64,000 bases of DNA. Source: Pirellulales bacterium (lineage in GTDB: Bacteria > Planctomycetota > Planctomycetia > Pirellulales > PALSA-1355). A program made the translations under genes and the position numbers. Below the pieces are notes generated by a model. It saw only the letters and a program-made list of their open reading frames with translations. It did no database searches and had not been told where the DNA came from. The first letter of the stretch is position 1. Every line of letters begins with the position of its first letter. The stretch is taken from the NCBI GenBank assembly GCA_041741015.1, contig JBGSKX010000303.1:4539-68538 (forward strand), given 5' to 3'. This document shows positions 1 through 7,542 of this stretch, piece after piece.

Positions 1-242
1 GCCGGCGCGGCCGAACTCACTTCGGCGGCCCCGCGCGCATCCATCGCGGCCTGCATGTCTCGAACCATTTGCAGCGCGACCGACGACGATAGCGATGTCG
101 TCGACAACACGATTCGGTTTTCGAGCGACTCAAAGCGAAGTCGCGTCTTCAACGAACGTTTCGCGGCCGCGTCTCGATCTCCGCGTCGAGCGTGCTGCCG
201 AGCCCCAGGGCTCAAGATAGGCTGATGCGCATACTTAGTCAC
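1..242 (-). CDS. N-terminus of a CDS that continues beyond the window start; probable large secreted protein
   Basis: The minus-strand frame is open from GTG 242-240 to position 1, with an in-frame TAA just upstream at 257-255. It is absent from the ORF track because it has no stop in the window. The translation VTKYAHQ..RSLKTRLRFESLENRIVLSTT.. has a basic stretch followed by an LExR-x-x-LS motif. I recognise this from N-termini of very large planctomycetal extracellular proteins, but only from memory. Confidence 0.35.
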   Translation of the reverse strand, partial: MTKYAHQPILSPGARQHARRGDRDAAAKRSLKTRLRFESLENRIVLSTTSLSSSVALQMVRDMQAAMDARGAAEVSSAAP

Positions 243-446
243 GACTTGGTCCCCTTACAGCGGTGCCTGGAAGTAAGGAAGTAGCTGGGTGCCGCGCGGC
301 CTCTCCTCAAATCGGCAGGACGAATCTCCGCCCAGCGGCGCCGTTGAATCTAACATGAGATGGCGGCGTTCAAAGCGAATTCGACCGACAAACAGCCGAA
401 ATCTCTGTTCCGTCGCCCAATACGTGTTCTTGCAGAGCGGCCCGCG

Positions 447-1976
447 TCACTCCGCCGCGGCAAACTTGAGCGCATAAAGATCCGCGTCCTTCAGCACCAG
501 CCGCAGCCGCACCACCTTCCCGGCCAGTCCGCTCACGTCGCTGCTTTCCTTTCCGCCGGCCGCCTTCCACCGCACGGTCCGGTCCACCTCGTTGCCAATC
601 ACTTCCACGCAATCCGCCGCCGCAAAGCCTGGCACCGCCTGCCCGTGCTCGTCTTGAATCTCCACGCGAATCGAACCCACCGCCGACGTCGAAAAATTCA
701 GATCCAGCCGATCGCCCGTGAACCGGAGCGGCTTAGTGACAATCTCACCGCCGTCGTAGTCCGCCTGCAACGAGGCAAACCCATCCAGCCGCAACGAGTA
801 CCGATGCAGGTGTGCCGTCGGCTGGGCATTGTCCGCGTTTGTATAGATGCTCATCTCGGTCGGGCTCGTCTGAATGATCCCCAGCGCCGGGTAGTTCGTC
901 CGAGAGACCCAGTTCTGCGCGCCGATCCCGGGCCGAATGAACGAGCTCAAAAACGTCCGGTCATAAACATTGCCGCCGCGCGTCGTCATCAGCACCGCGT
1001 CCGAAAGGTCCTTGTGATAGCCGCTCGCCACCTGCAGCGCCGCCGCCTCCGCGTCGCTGATCGCCTGCCGACCGGGCACGAACCTCGCCGCAATGGCCAC
1101 ATAAATCTGCGGCGCCCGAAAGTACGGATGCGTCTGATTCGTGTACAGTTCTTCCATCGGCGAGGGCTTGCCACCAGTCACCTGGTTCATCAGCACCGGG
1201 TCGCTCCAGTGCACAAAGTCCTTGCTCTCGGACCGGGCGATTCGCCGCACGCCGTCGTACACGCGGTAATAGGCCACATACTTCTGCTCCGCCTCGGACC
1301 AGAACGCCACGTTCTGCGAATCGAACATCCAGTCGACCTTGAACGGCGCCTTGCGCGGAATCACCGGCTCCTCACGCAGCTTTCGCCACCGCAGCCCATC
1401 AGCCGAAACGAACGCCACCAGCCCGCTCGTGTCCAGCCCGGCCAGCGCCTTGTACCGCTCCGCCGGCGGACAGTCCGGCCGCGTGTCGATCAGCGGGCTG
1501 AAGTTGTGCGAAAGCGGGGCGTCGCCGGCATACACCACATTGTTCTCTTTCCCACCCCGGGCCTCGAACAAACCCAGCTTCGGCTTCGTCCAGTGCACGC
1601 CGTCGCTCGATTCGGCCACGCACGTCACTTCGCCGTTCGTTCCGTCCTTCACATCCGCCGGCATCCCTCGGTAATACACGCGAAACCGCTTGCCGCCGGG
1701 CGCCGCCTTATCTTCCAGCACCGTGCAGTACCCGCAGTGAATCCCTTCCCACGGCTCGTCGAACATCATGACCGCGCCTTCATCCCGCGGCTCATGCATC
1801 CGGAGCTGCACGCGGTCAAGCTTCTCAAGAAGGTGCGAATCGACAAACAGCTCCCGCCGCGAACCAAGGTCGATGACGTCTTCGGCCGCGGCGCCGGTCC
1901 CTCTGCCCAGGAAGATGATGGCGACGAACAGCACGGCAAGGGTGACCAGCACACGCAACTTAAAACCGAATAACAT
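447..1976 (-). CDS. Secreted or membrane-anchored beta-propeller protein, putative glycoside hydrolase (family not resolvable by eye)
   Basis: The ORF is open 447..2111. ATG at 1976 gives the signal anchor MLFGFKLRVLVTLAVLFVAIIFLG. Propeller-blade-like motifs recur (SSDGVHWTKP, SADGLRWRK, SKDFVHWSDP), and the C-terminal tail looks like a beta-sandwich. It is co-directional with the sialidase cluster. Confidence 0.75.
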   Translation of the reverse strand: MLFGFKLRVLVTLAVLFVAIIFLGRGTGAAAEDVIDLGSRRELFVDSHLLEKLDRVQLRMHEPRDEGAVMMFDEPWEGIHCGYCTVLEDKAAPGGKRFRVYYRGMPADVKDGTNGEVTCVAESSDGVHWTKPKLGLFEARGGKENNVVYAGDAPLSHNFSPLIDTRPDCPPAERYKALAGLDTSGLVAFVSADGLRWRKLREEPVIPRKAPFKVDWMFDSQNVAFWSEAEQKYVAYYRVYDGVRRIARSESKDFVHWSDPVLMNQVTGGKPSPMEELYTNQTHPYFRAPQIYVAIAARFVPGRQAISDAEAAALQVASGYHKDLSDAVLMTTRGGNVYDRTFLSSFIRPGIGAQNWVSRTNYPALGIIQTSPTEMSIYTNADNAQPTAHLHRYSLRLDGFASLQADYDGGEIVTKPLRFTGDRLDLNFSTSAVGSIRVEIQDEHGQAVPGFAAADCVEVIGNEVDRTVRWKAAGGKESSDVSGLAGKVVRLRLVLKDADLYALKFAAAE

Positions 1977-2150
1977 GGCGGGGAATCTCCTGCGCGGGAT
2001 TGCTTTAGGCGGGTAGGCAGCGATCGATGCGGCCGGCCCATTCTCCCCGCCGCCGCCGCGCGATTCAATACATCGCTGAACTCCCGCCTCGGCCACTTCC
2101 TCGCGTTCCACGCTTTCCAGAATCCGACCAGCTTGCGACCGGGAACTCTA

Positions 2151-3353
2151 TCAAGCGGCTTCTTTCAGCAACTGCCAGCACATCCATTGCATTCGCGGGT
2201 GATGGAAGAAGCTCTTCCACAAGTTTCCTTTGCCGGTGGACGAACGGCTGCCGTCGCGATGCAGGTAGCCGAACCATTCGCCATGCTCCGGGTCGGCAAA
2301 ATGCTGGTAACTCCAGTCGTGAACAGCCTGGTGCCAGTGTGCATATTTTGTTTGGCCTGTCACCAAGTAGGCGAGCAAGGTTGCGATGATCGCCTCGTCG
2401 TGCGGCCACCAGAACTTCATGTCGTGCCAGTACTCTTGGACGGGTTTGTCGCGCAGGTCTCGGAAGTAGAACAACCCGCCATACTGTTCGTCCCAACCCC
2501 GCGTCCACATCCAATCGAGCATCTGACAGCCAAGTTCGAGCAGCGCCGCGTCCTGGCGACACTGCCCCTCTTGCAGCAGGAACCAGGCCGCTTCGATCGC
2601 GTGACCCGGGTTCAGCAGACGTCCGTCGAAGTGGTCGATGATCTCGCCGTTTGGGGCCACCGATTCCATCACGGCGCGCTCAGCAGGCTTTACGAACAGG
2701 TCCCTGATCTCTCCCACGCAGCGATCTATCCAAGCCGTAAGCTCCTCGCTCCCGCCGAGGCAACGGCGCAGTTCCTGGGCCGTGGCGATCGTGATCATCC
2801 GCGGTCCGAGTCCGATGGCGGGTCGCGTCGGTTCAAACTTGGGAGGCATCAGACCCGGGGTAAAGTTCCAGCGCGTAAAGGCGTCGAATAATTCGCCTGC
2901 TCGCCGAGCCGAACGCTCTTCGCCGGTCGCCTGGTAGTGGGCCGCATAGGCGATTGCCGCGAATGACTCGCTGTAGGCATACCGCCGCTTGCGAATCGGA
3001 GCACCATCGCGCTGCACGTGAAAGTACATCCGCCCGTCCGCTGCACAGCAATGCCGCTCGAGAAAAGTCAGACCACTCGTACCCCATTCCAGCCACTCCG
3101 CACGTCGCTCGACCGTGTTGTACAGCGTCAACAGCATCCAGGACATTCGGCCTTGCGCCCAGACGGACTTGTCCGTATCGAGCAGCGATCCATCGCGATC
3201 GAGGCAATGTAGAAAGCCGCCGTACTGGCCATCGATCGCCCGCGGAAACCAGAAGGGGAGGGTGTCCTCGAGCAGGCCGGCGCGATAGATTTCTGATAGC
3301 TGCCGCTGCCCATTCGCCGAAAGCAGCAGCGGGGAAGTAACAGCGTGTTCCAC
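2151..3353 (-). CDS. N-acylglucosamine 2-epimerase (AGE / renin-binding-protein family)
   Basis: Family hallmarks are present: LLEDTLPFWFPRAIDGQYGGFLHCLDRDG and repeated W/H-rich alpha-toroid segments. I placed the start at in-frame GTG 3353, 17 nt after the sialidase stop, giving 400 aa. The ORF is open to 3491, but that start would overlap the sialidase by 120 nt. Confidence 0.85.
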   Translation of the reverse strand: MEHAVTSPLLLSANGQRQLSEIYRAGLLEDTLPFWFPRAIDGQYGGFLHCLDRDGSLLDTDKSVWAQGRMSWMLLTLYNTVERRAEWLEWGTSGLTFLERHCCAADGRMYFHVQRDGAPIRKRRYAYSESFAAIAYAAHYQATGEERSARRAGELFDAFTRWNFTPGLMPPKFEPTRPAIGLGPRMITIATAQELRRCLGGSEELTAWIDRCVGEIRDLFVKPAERAVMESVAPNGEIIDHFDGRLLNPGHAIEAAWFLLQEGQCRQDAALLELGCQMLDWMWTRGWDEQYGGLFYFRDLRDKPVQEYWHDMKFWWPHDEAIIATLLAYLVTGQTKYAHWHQAVHDWSYQHFADPEHGEWFGYLHRDGSRSSTGKGNLWKSFFHHPRMQWMCWQLLKEAA

Positions 3354-3370
3354 AGCAGCGTCCTCGCGGC

Positions 3371-4525
3371 TCAATTCGCTGCCGACGATGTGCCGCCACG
3401 CACCCAATCCGCCGAGCAGCGCACAAAAGTTAGACTGTCGCCCGCCTCGTACAACAGTCCAAGCTGCCCATTGGCCAGCTCCGTCAGGCACGAATACGCG
3501 CTCGGCCCCGCATCGATCAAGCGGCCCGCGTTCCAGGTGCGCCCGCCGTCGGTGCTCCGCCGAATCGTCAGGTTTCGTCGCTGCCGGGCATGCGCCGGGT
3601 TAGAGAAAAACAAATCCCCCTGGCTGTGACCAATCAGGCTGGCCATGCACGTTGGGTCCGGATTCACGGCCCAGGGCGCCGACCACTGGCCCGCCGTCAC
3701 CTCTTCGTTCCAGGTCCAGCGCGCCCACAGTCGCGAGCCCGATCGCGAGACGTCGCGCATCGATAGCAGCAGCGAACCATCTGCAAGTTCCGCCACTTGT
3801 GCCTCGTTCGTCGGCGTCCCGTTCGAAATCGCCGCAGGCGTCAGGGCCCACGACTGGCCGTGGTCTCGGCTGAACAACAGGCACGAAGCGGCATCGCCTT
3901 GCGCATCGCGAAATTGCCCGGCGAACACCAGCCCGCCAGTCCGCGTCTGGATTCCATTTCCGGGACCGACGAACAACAGTCGCCAACTCGGGTCGCGCCC
4001 CGCAATCTTGCCGGTAATGTTGATCGGCTCCGACCAAGTCTGGCCGTCATCGTCGCTGCGCGTCAGCACGATCTGGCCCGTTTGGTCCGGCGAAAGCCCC
4101 GGGCCTGAGCCGTTGTAGCCGCGGTCCCCCTTCGACCACAGCGCCGCTACCCAGATGGTTCCCGTCGTGCGATCCACCAGAATCGCCGGATCGCCCACAC
4201 CGTTCCCACGCGACCCCGGCACGCTCTGATCGAAGTCCAGGATCGTCTGCATGGGCCCCCAACTCGCGCCCTGGTCGGTGCTCCGCATCAGGCCCACGTC
4301 GATATTCGCCGGCAGGTCGTCGGAGCCGTCGTGTCGGATGTCGAACACGGCCAAGACCGTGCCTTTGGCCGTCGTCGCCAGGCCGGGAATCCGATAGGCC
4401 TTGGAGCCGTCATCGCCGGGCTTTCGCAAGACCGCTCGAAACAACTCAACTTCCTCGGCAACCGCCGGGGTCGCTATGCCTGCAAAAAGCACCCCGGCCA
4501 CGAAGATGTATTGCCAGCTTCTCAT
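3371..4525 (-). CDS. Exo-alpha-sialidase (GH33-type)
   Basis: Signal peptide MRSWQYIFVAGVLFAGIATPAVA. The YRIP arginine motif is present, with four Asp-boxes (STDQGASW, SDDDGQTW, SRDHGQSW, STDGGRTW). Confidence 0.9.
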   Translation of the reverse strand: MRSWQYIFVAGVLFAGIATPAVAEEVELFRAVLRKPGDDGSKAYRIPGLATTAKGTVLAVFDIRHDGSDDLPANIDVGLMRSTDQGASWGPMQTILDFDQSVPGSRGNGVGDPAILVDRTTGTIWVAALWSKGDRGYNGSGPGLSPDQTGQIVLTRSDDDGQTWSEPINITGKIAGRDPSWRLLFVGPGNGIQTRTGGLVFAGQFRDAQGDAASCLLFSRDHGQSWALTPAAISNGTPTNEAQVAELADGSLLLSMRDVSRSGSRLWARWTWNEEVTAGQWSAPWAVNPDPTCMASLIGHSQGDLFFSNPAHARQRRNLTIRRSTDGGRTWNAGRLIDAGPSAYSCLTELANGQLGLLYEAGDSLTFVRCSADWVRGGTSSAAN

Positions 4526-4629
4526 TCCCTCTCCAGCGCTGCCTGGTGGTTCTCGAAATTGCGGTCCGGCACTCCCGGCTGCCGGCTCTGCCGGTAGTCT
4601 CCCATCCCGGCGGCCGGTTTGCCAATGGT

Positions 4630-5907
4630 TCAGCGAACGTCCTCGTCAATTTCTCGCGGGCGAATCAGAAACACCAGCACCGCCGACCAGATTGCCGTGG
4701 CCGCGAACACGCCGAAGATGATGTTCAGCGGCACTTGCCGATCGCGCAGCGCGCCAAAGCCCCAGTCGGCAAAGCCGCCGCAACTGATGCTCACCAGGTT
4801 CATGATTCCGTAACCCGTCGCCCGCAACCGCGGCTCGACAATCTGCGACAGGATCGGCATGTTGTTGCAGTCGAAGAACCCCCAGCCGATGCCGAACAGG
4901 ACCAGAAATACGACCGCGGCCAGCAGCGTGCCAGAGTTCCCCACGCCGAATAGCGCCGGCACCAGGAGCAACATCCCGATCGCGCTCACGTTGATCCGGC
5001 CGCGAATGCTCCGCCTCATCCAGCGATCGGCCCACCAGCCGCCCAGCACCACCGCCACCATCGAGGCCAGGTTCACATACAGCGTCGCCGACACGCCCGC
5101 CATGCCTTGGCCTATCTCGAACTTGTCGCGCAAGATCGCCGGCATCCAGTCCTTCACCACCCAGCCCGCTAGCGCCGGCAGCGTGAAATACAGCACCAGC
5201 AGGATGAACGACCGATTCCAGAGCAGGCTCTTCAACGCATCGAGCACAGGCGGCTTCTGCACGCTCGCTGGACTCTGGTGAACTGCCGCGCGCGGCGCAT
5301 CGCGCAGAAACCAGAACAGCGGAAAGGCATACAGCACGCCCACGATGCCCGTCAGATCGAAGGCCCATCGCCAGCCAAGCGCGGGCGCGTCGGCCACATA
5401 GCCGGCAAACCCGCCCAGAATAATGCCGGCATAGATACCCGTCTGGTGAATTCCCACTGCCCGCGATCGGCTGGAGCCGCGGTGATGATCGGTAATCAGC
5501 GCGAGCGCCGCGGGAATGTAGAACGCTTCGCTGATGCCCATCAGCGTCCGCGTCCAGAGCAGTCCGTCGTAGGTCGTCGTCTGCCCGGTGATCCAGGTCA
5601 CGATCGACCACACCGCCAGGCTCATGCAGATCGTCAGGCGGCGGCTGAAGCGGTCGGCTATGAACCCGCCGATCGGGCTCAGAAAGGCGTACACCCACTT
5701 GAACTGGCCGAGCATGTATCCCCAGTTGGCTTCCAGCCCGATGCTGGGAATGTCCTGCATCACCGAGTACTTCATCGAGGCCAGCATCTGCCGGTCGAGA
5801 TAGTTCAACAGCGCCACCGGCCACAGCAGCGCCACCACCAACCAAGCCGTGCTCATCACGCCCGGCCCCGCGTGTTTGTCTCCGTCGTTCGACTCCAGCA
5901 GGCTCAT
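4630..5907 (-). CDS. MFS transporter
   Basis: Polytopic hydrophobic pattern with the MFS loop signature GGFIADRFSRRL. I used ATG at 5907; GTG at 5916 is also possible. It lies upstream of, and co-directional with, the sialidase. Confidence 0.85.
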   Translation of the reverse strand: MSLLESNDGDKHAGPGVMSTAWLVVALLWPVALLNYLDRQMLASMKYSVMQDIPSIGLEANWGYMLGQFKWVYAFLSPIGGFIADRFSRRLTICMSLAVWSIVTWITGQTTTYDGLLWTRTLMGISEAFYIPAALALITDHHRGSSRSRAVGIHQTGIYAGIILGGFAGYVADAPALGWRWAFDLTGIVGVLYAFPLFWFLRDAPRAAVHQSPASVQKPPVLDALKSLLWNRSFILLVLYFTLPALAGWVVKDWMPAILRDKFEIGQGMAGVSATLYVNLASMVAVVLGGWWADRWMRRSIRGRINVSAIGMLLLVPALFGVGNSGTLLAAVVFLVLFGIGWGFFDCNNMPILSQIVEPRLRATGYGIMNLVSISCGGFADWGFGALRDRQVPLNIIFGVFAATAIWSAVLVFLIRPREIDEDVR

Positions 5908-6087
5908 CAATCTCACTCGCTCGCAGTTTGCTTGGTGCCCATTCGGCGGCCCGGTGCCGATCGTTCAGCTTTGGCAGGAGTTGGAATTTGCCTATGAGAA
6001 TGAAATGTTCTCGCGAGCGAAAGGGGGCGCCGGCGGTGAGTTTCAGCCCAGGTCGATGGCGAGAGCAGGTCGACTTCGTGGCCGGAA

Positions 6088-6127
6088 GTATTAAAAGCGG
6101 ACGGGCGTTGAGAAGGGCGTCTTTTTC
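6088..6127. repeat. Degenerate REP-like copy adjoining the RAYT remnant
   Basis: gtattaaaagcggacgggcgttgagaagggcgtctttttc resembles the attaaaggggacgggagtcttttt core found at 10768-10791. It occupies the same position relative to the stop codon. Confidence 0.4.
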
Positions 6128-6129
6128 AG

Positions 6130-6318
6130 TCATCGCGTCTGGCCCCTCTGCCCCAGACCGTGCCGCCGCGCGAGGTTGCTCTGCCGCGTTTCGCCTCCAA
6201 ACGGCCGTCCGCGGCGGATGCGCTCAGCGATCGCCAGCGCCTCGGCTGCATGCTGCGGCTGGTTTACGTGCTCGACCCACAGCCGTAGCTCCAGTCGGCC
6301 AAGATCCACCTGCCCCAA
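6130..6318 (-). pseudogene. 3' remnant of a RAYT / IS200-like Y1 transposase paralogue (catalytic N-terminal part missing)
   Basis: The translation ..LGRLELRLWVEHVNQPQHAAEALAIAERIRRGRPFGGETRQ.. parallels the C-terminus of the 10795..11496 protein (..LGRQWVEHVNEPQHETEAQAIATSIRRGRPYGSEAWQ..). DNA around the stop is near-identical: gtctttttcAgtcatcgcgtCtggc versus gtctttttcGgtcatcgcgtTtggc. No HUH or Tyr region is present. Confidence 0.6.
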
Positions 6319-6405
6319 GCGAATTGCCAGGGTGTGTCGAGTCGATGGCCCTGCTCGACACGGTCACCGGATGCCCTGCAGCGGCCAATCGGACGCAGCA
6401 CACGA

Positions 6406-6894
6406 ATGACAACCCTACACGATCGAAGCTGGACCAGGCTGGCCGTTGCCAGCCAGCTCATCGCGGCCGCCTATCTGCAGACCGTCGAATGGATCGACTT
6501 GTTCCCTTGGAATGACCTGTCGAAGGGGAACATGCAGGAGCAACTCGACGTGGTGCTGCTGCTGTCGCAGCTCTTCATCGCGCTCACTTACGCCCGGCAC
6601 TGGCTGTGGTGGATGATCGCGGGCTGGTTTGGCTATGCGGTGTGGCTCTACCTGCAGATCGAGAGTTGGTGGTTCCCGTATCTCTGGGGCGGGCGCAGCG
6701 TCGGGCCCAATTGGTACTTCGCGCGCACGTATAAGTTCCTGCCTGCCATTGGCGACCGACCCACGCCGGATGCCAACCATATCGTGCTGCAGCTCTTGAT
6801 CATCGCGGTGCTGGCGACATCCGCCCTGGCCATCTGGCAGCAAGTGCGCAGCCGACGTTCTGGCCAAAGTCCACCCGCGGGCAGCAATCCCTGA
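6406..6894 (+). CDS. Hypothetical integral membrane protein (about 4 TM, Trp-rich)
   Basis: The ORF is 6334..6894. ATG at 6406 (MTTLHDR) precedes hydrophobic segments LAVASQLIAAAYL, VVLLLSQLFIALTYA, WLWWMIAGWFGYAVWLYL and IVLQLLIIAVLATSALAIW. Confidence 0.6.
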   Translation: MTTLHDRSWTRLAVASQLIAAAYLQTVEWIDLFPWNDLSKGNMQEQLDVVLLLSQLFIALTYARHWLWWMIAGWFGYAVWLYLQIESWWFPYLWGGRSVGPNWYFARTYKFLPAIGDRPTPDANHIVLQLLIIAVLATSALAIWQQVRSRRSGQSPPAGSNP

Positions 6895-6972
6895 TCCCTG
6901 GCTCGGCAGCAGGACAAGGATTGTTGTCGTTCGAGCGGCAGCCCCCGGCTTCGCCGGCGGGGTTCTTATCGC

Positions 6973-7200
6973 TCACTCCAACACAGCGGAACCGCCTAGC
7001 GCGACAAGCGTCGCCAAAAACCCGATCCACAGTGCGGGATTCAGATACCAAGGCGCGGCGGATCGTTTGATCAGCACGCTGGAGACTAGGTCCAGATTGC
7101 TCGCCAGCATTTCGGGCCGAAATCCCTCATCGCTTTTTGGCGCGAAACCAATGCTCATGAGGGCGACCAGGGTCACGACGAACACGACTTTACGGCGCAA
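6973..7200 (-). CDS. Possible small 2-TM membrane protein (weak call)
   Basis: A 75-aa ORF with a TTG start and two hydrophobic segments. There is no recognisable family and no clear RBS. Confidence 0.25.
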   Translation of the reverse strand: MRRKVVFVVTLVALMSIGFAPKSDEGFRPEMLASNLDLVSSVLIKRSAAPWYLNPALWIGFLATLVALGGSAVLE

Positions 7201-7226
7201 AGCGGGGCGGGAGTCTTTAATTGAAT
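7199..7226. repeat. Degenerate REP-like copy
   Basis: aaagcggggcgggagtctttaattgaat resembles the aaaggggacgggagtcttt core plus an AT-rich aatt element. Confidence 0.3.
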
Positions 7227-7542
7227 CCTAGTCGTTGCGCTAAACGAACGGTGATCGCGCTCGCGTGATTGCCGCGGCGCAACTAGCATCGAGACTCCGC
7301 AGACGATCAAGCGAAGATTGTGTTCGGTCGGCCACCCGAGCGTCCGGGTGATGAAGCCGCCCAGACTGGGCGCCCGAAAGCTGCCGCGTTCTGACCAAAG
7401 ATCAACGATTTGTGTTTGACTCGAAGGTCAGACAAAATGGGTGGGCGTCGCTCGGCCGCGTGGTCGAGTCGGCAACGCAAGAACCAGATGGGATATTCCA
7501 GACGTAAAGAGACGCCAAGCTTTACCCAGATAGGCATCGTCA

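Noticed and set aside
360-1973. A 537-aa plus-strand ORF covering almost the whole 447..1976 gene
   Set aside because: It is antisense to a gene with clear signal-anchor and propeller motifs. Its translation is Arg/Pro/His-rich low-information sequence, typical of shadow ORFs in high-GC DNA.
4646-6133. A 495-aa minus-strand ORF in another frame of the MFS gene
   Set aside because: It is an alternative frame of a gene with a clear 12-TM pattern and MFS signature. Its translation is Arg/Gly/Ala-rich with no hydrophobic periodicity.
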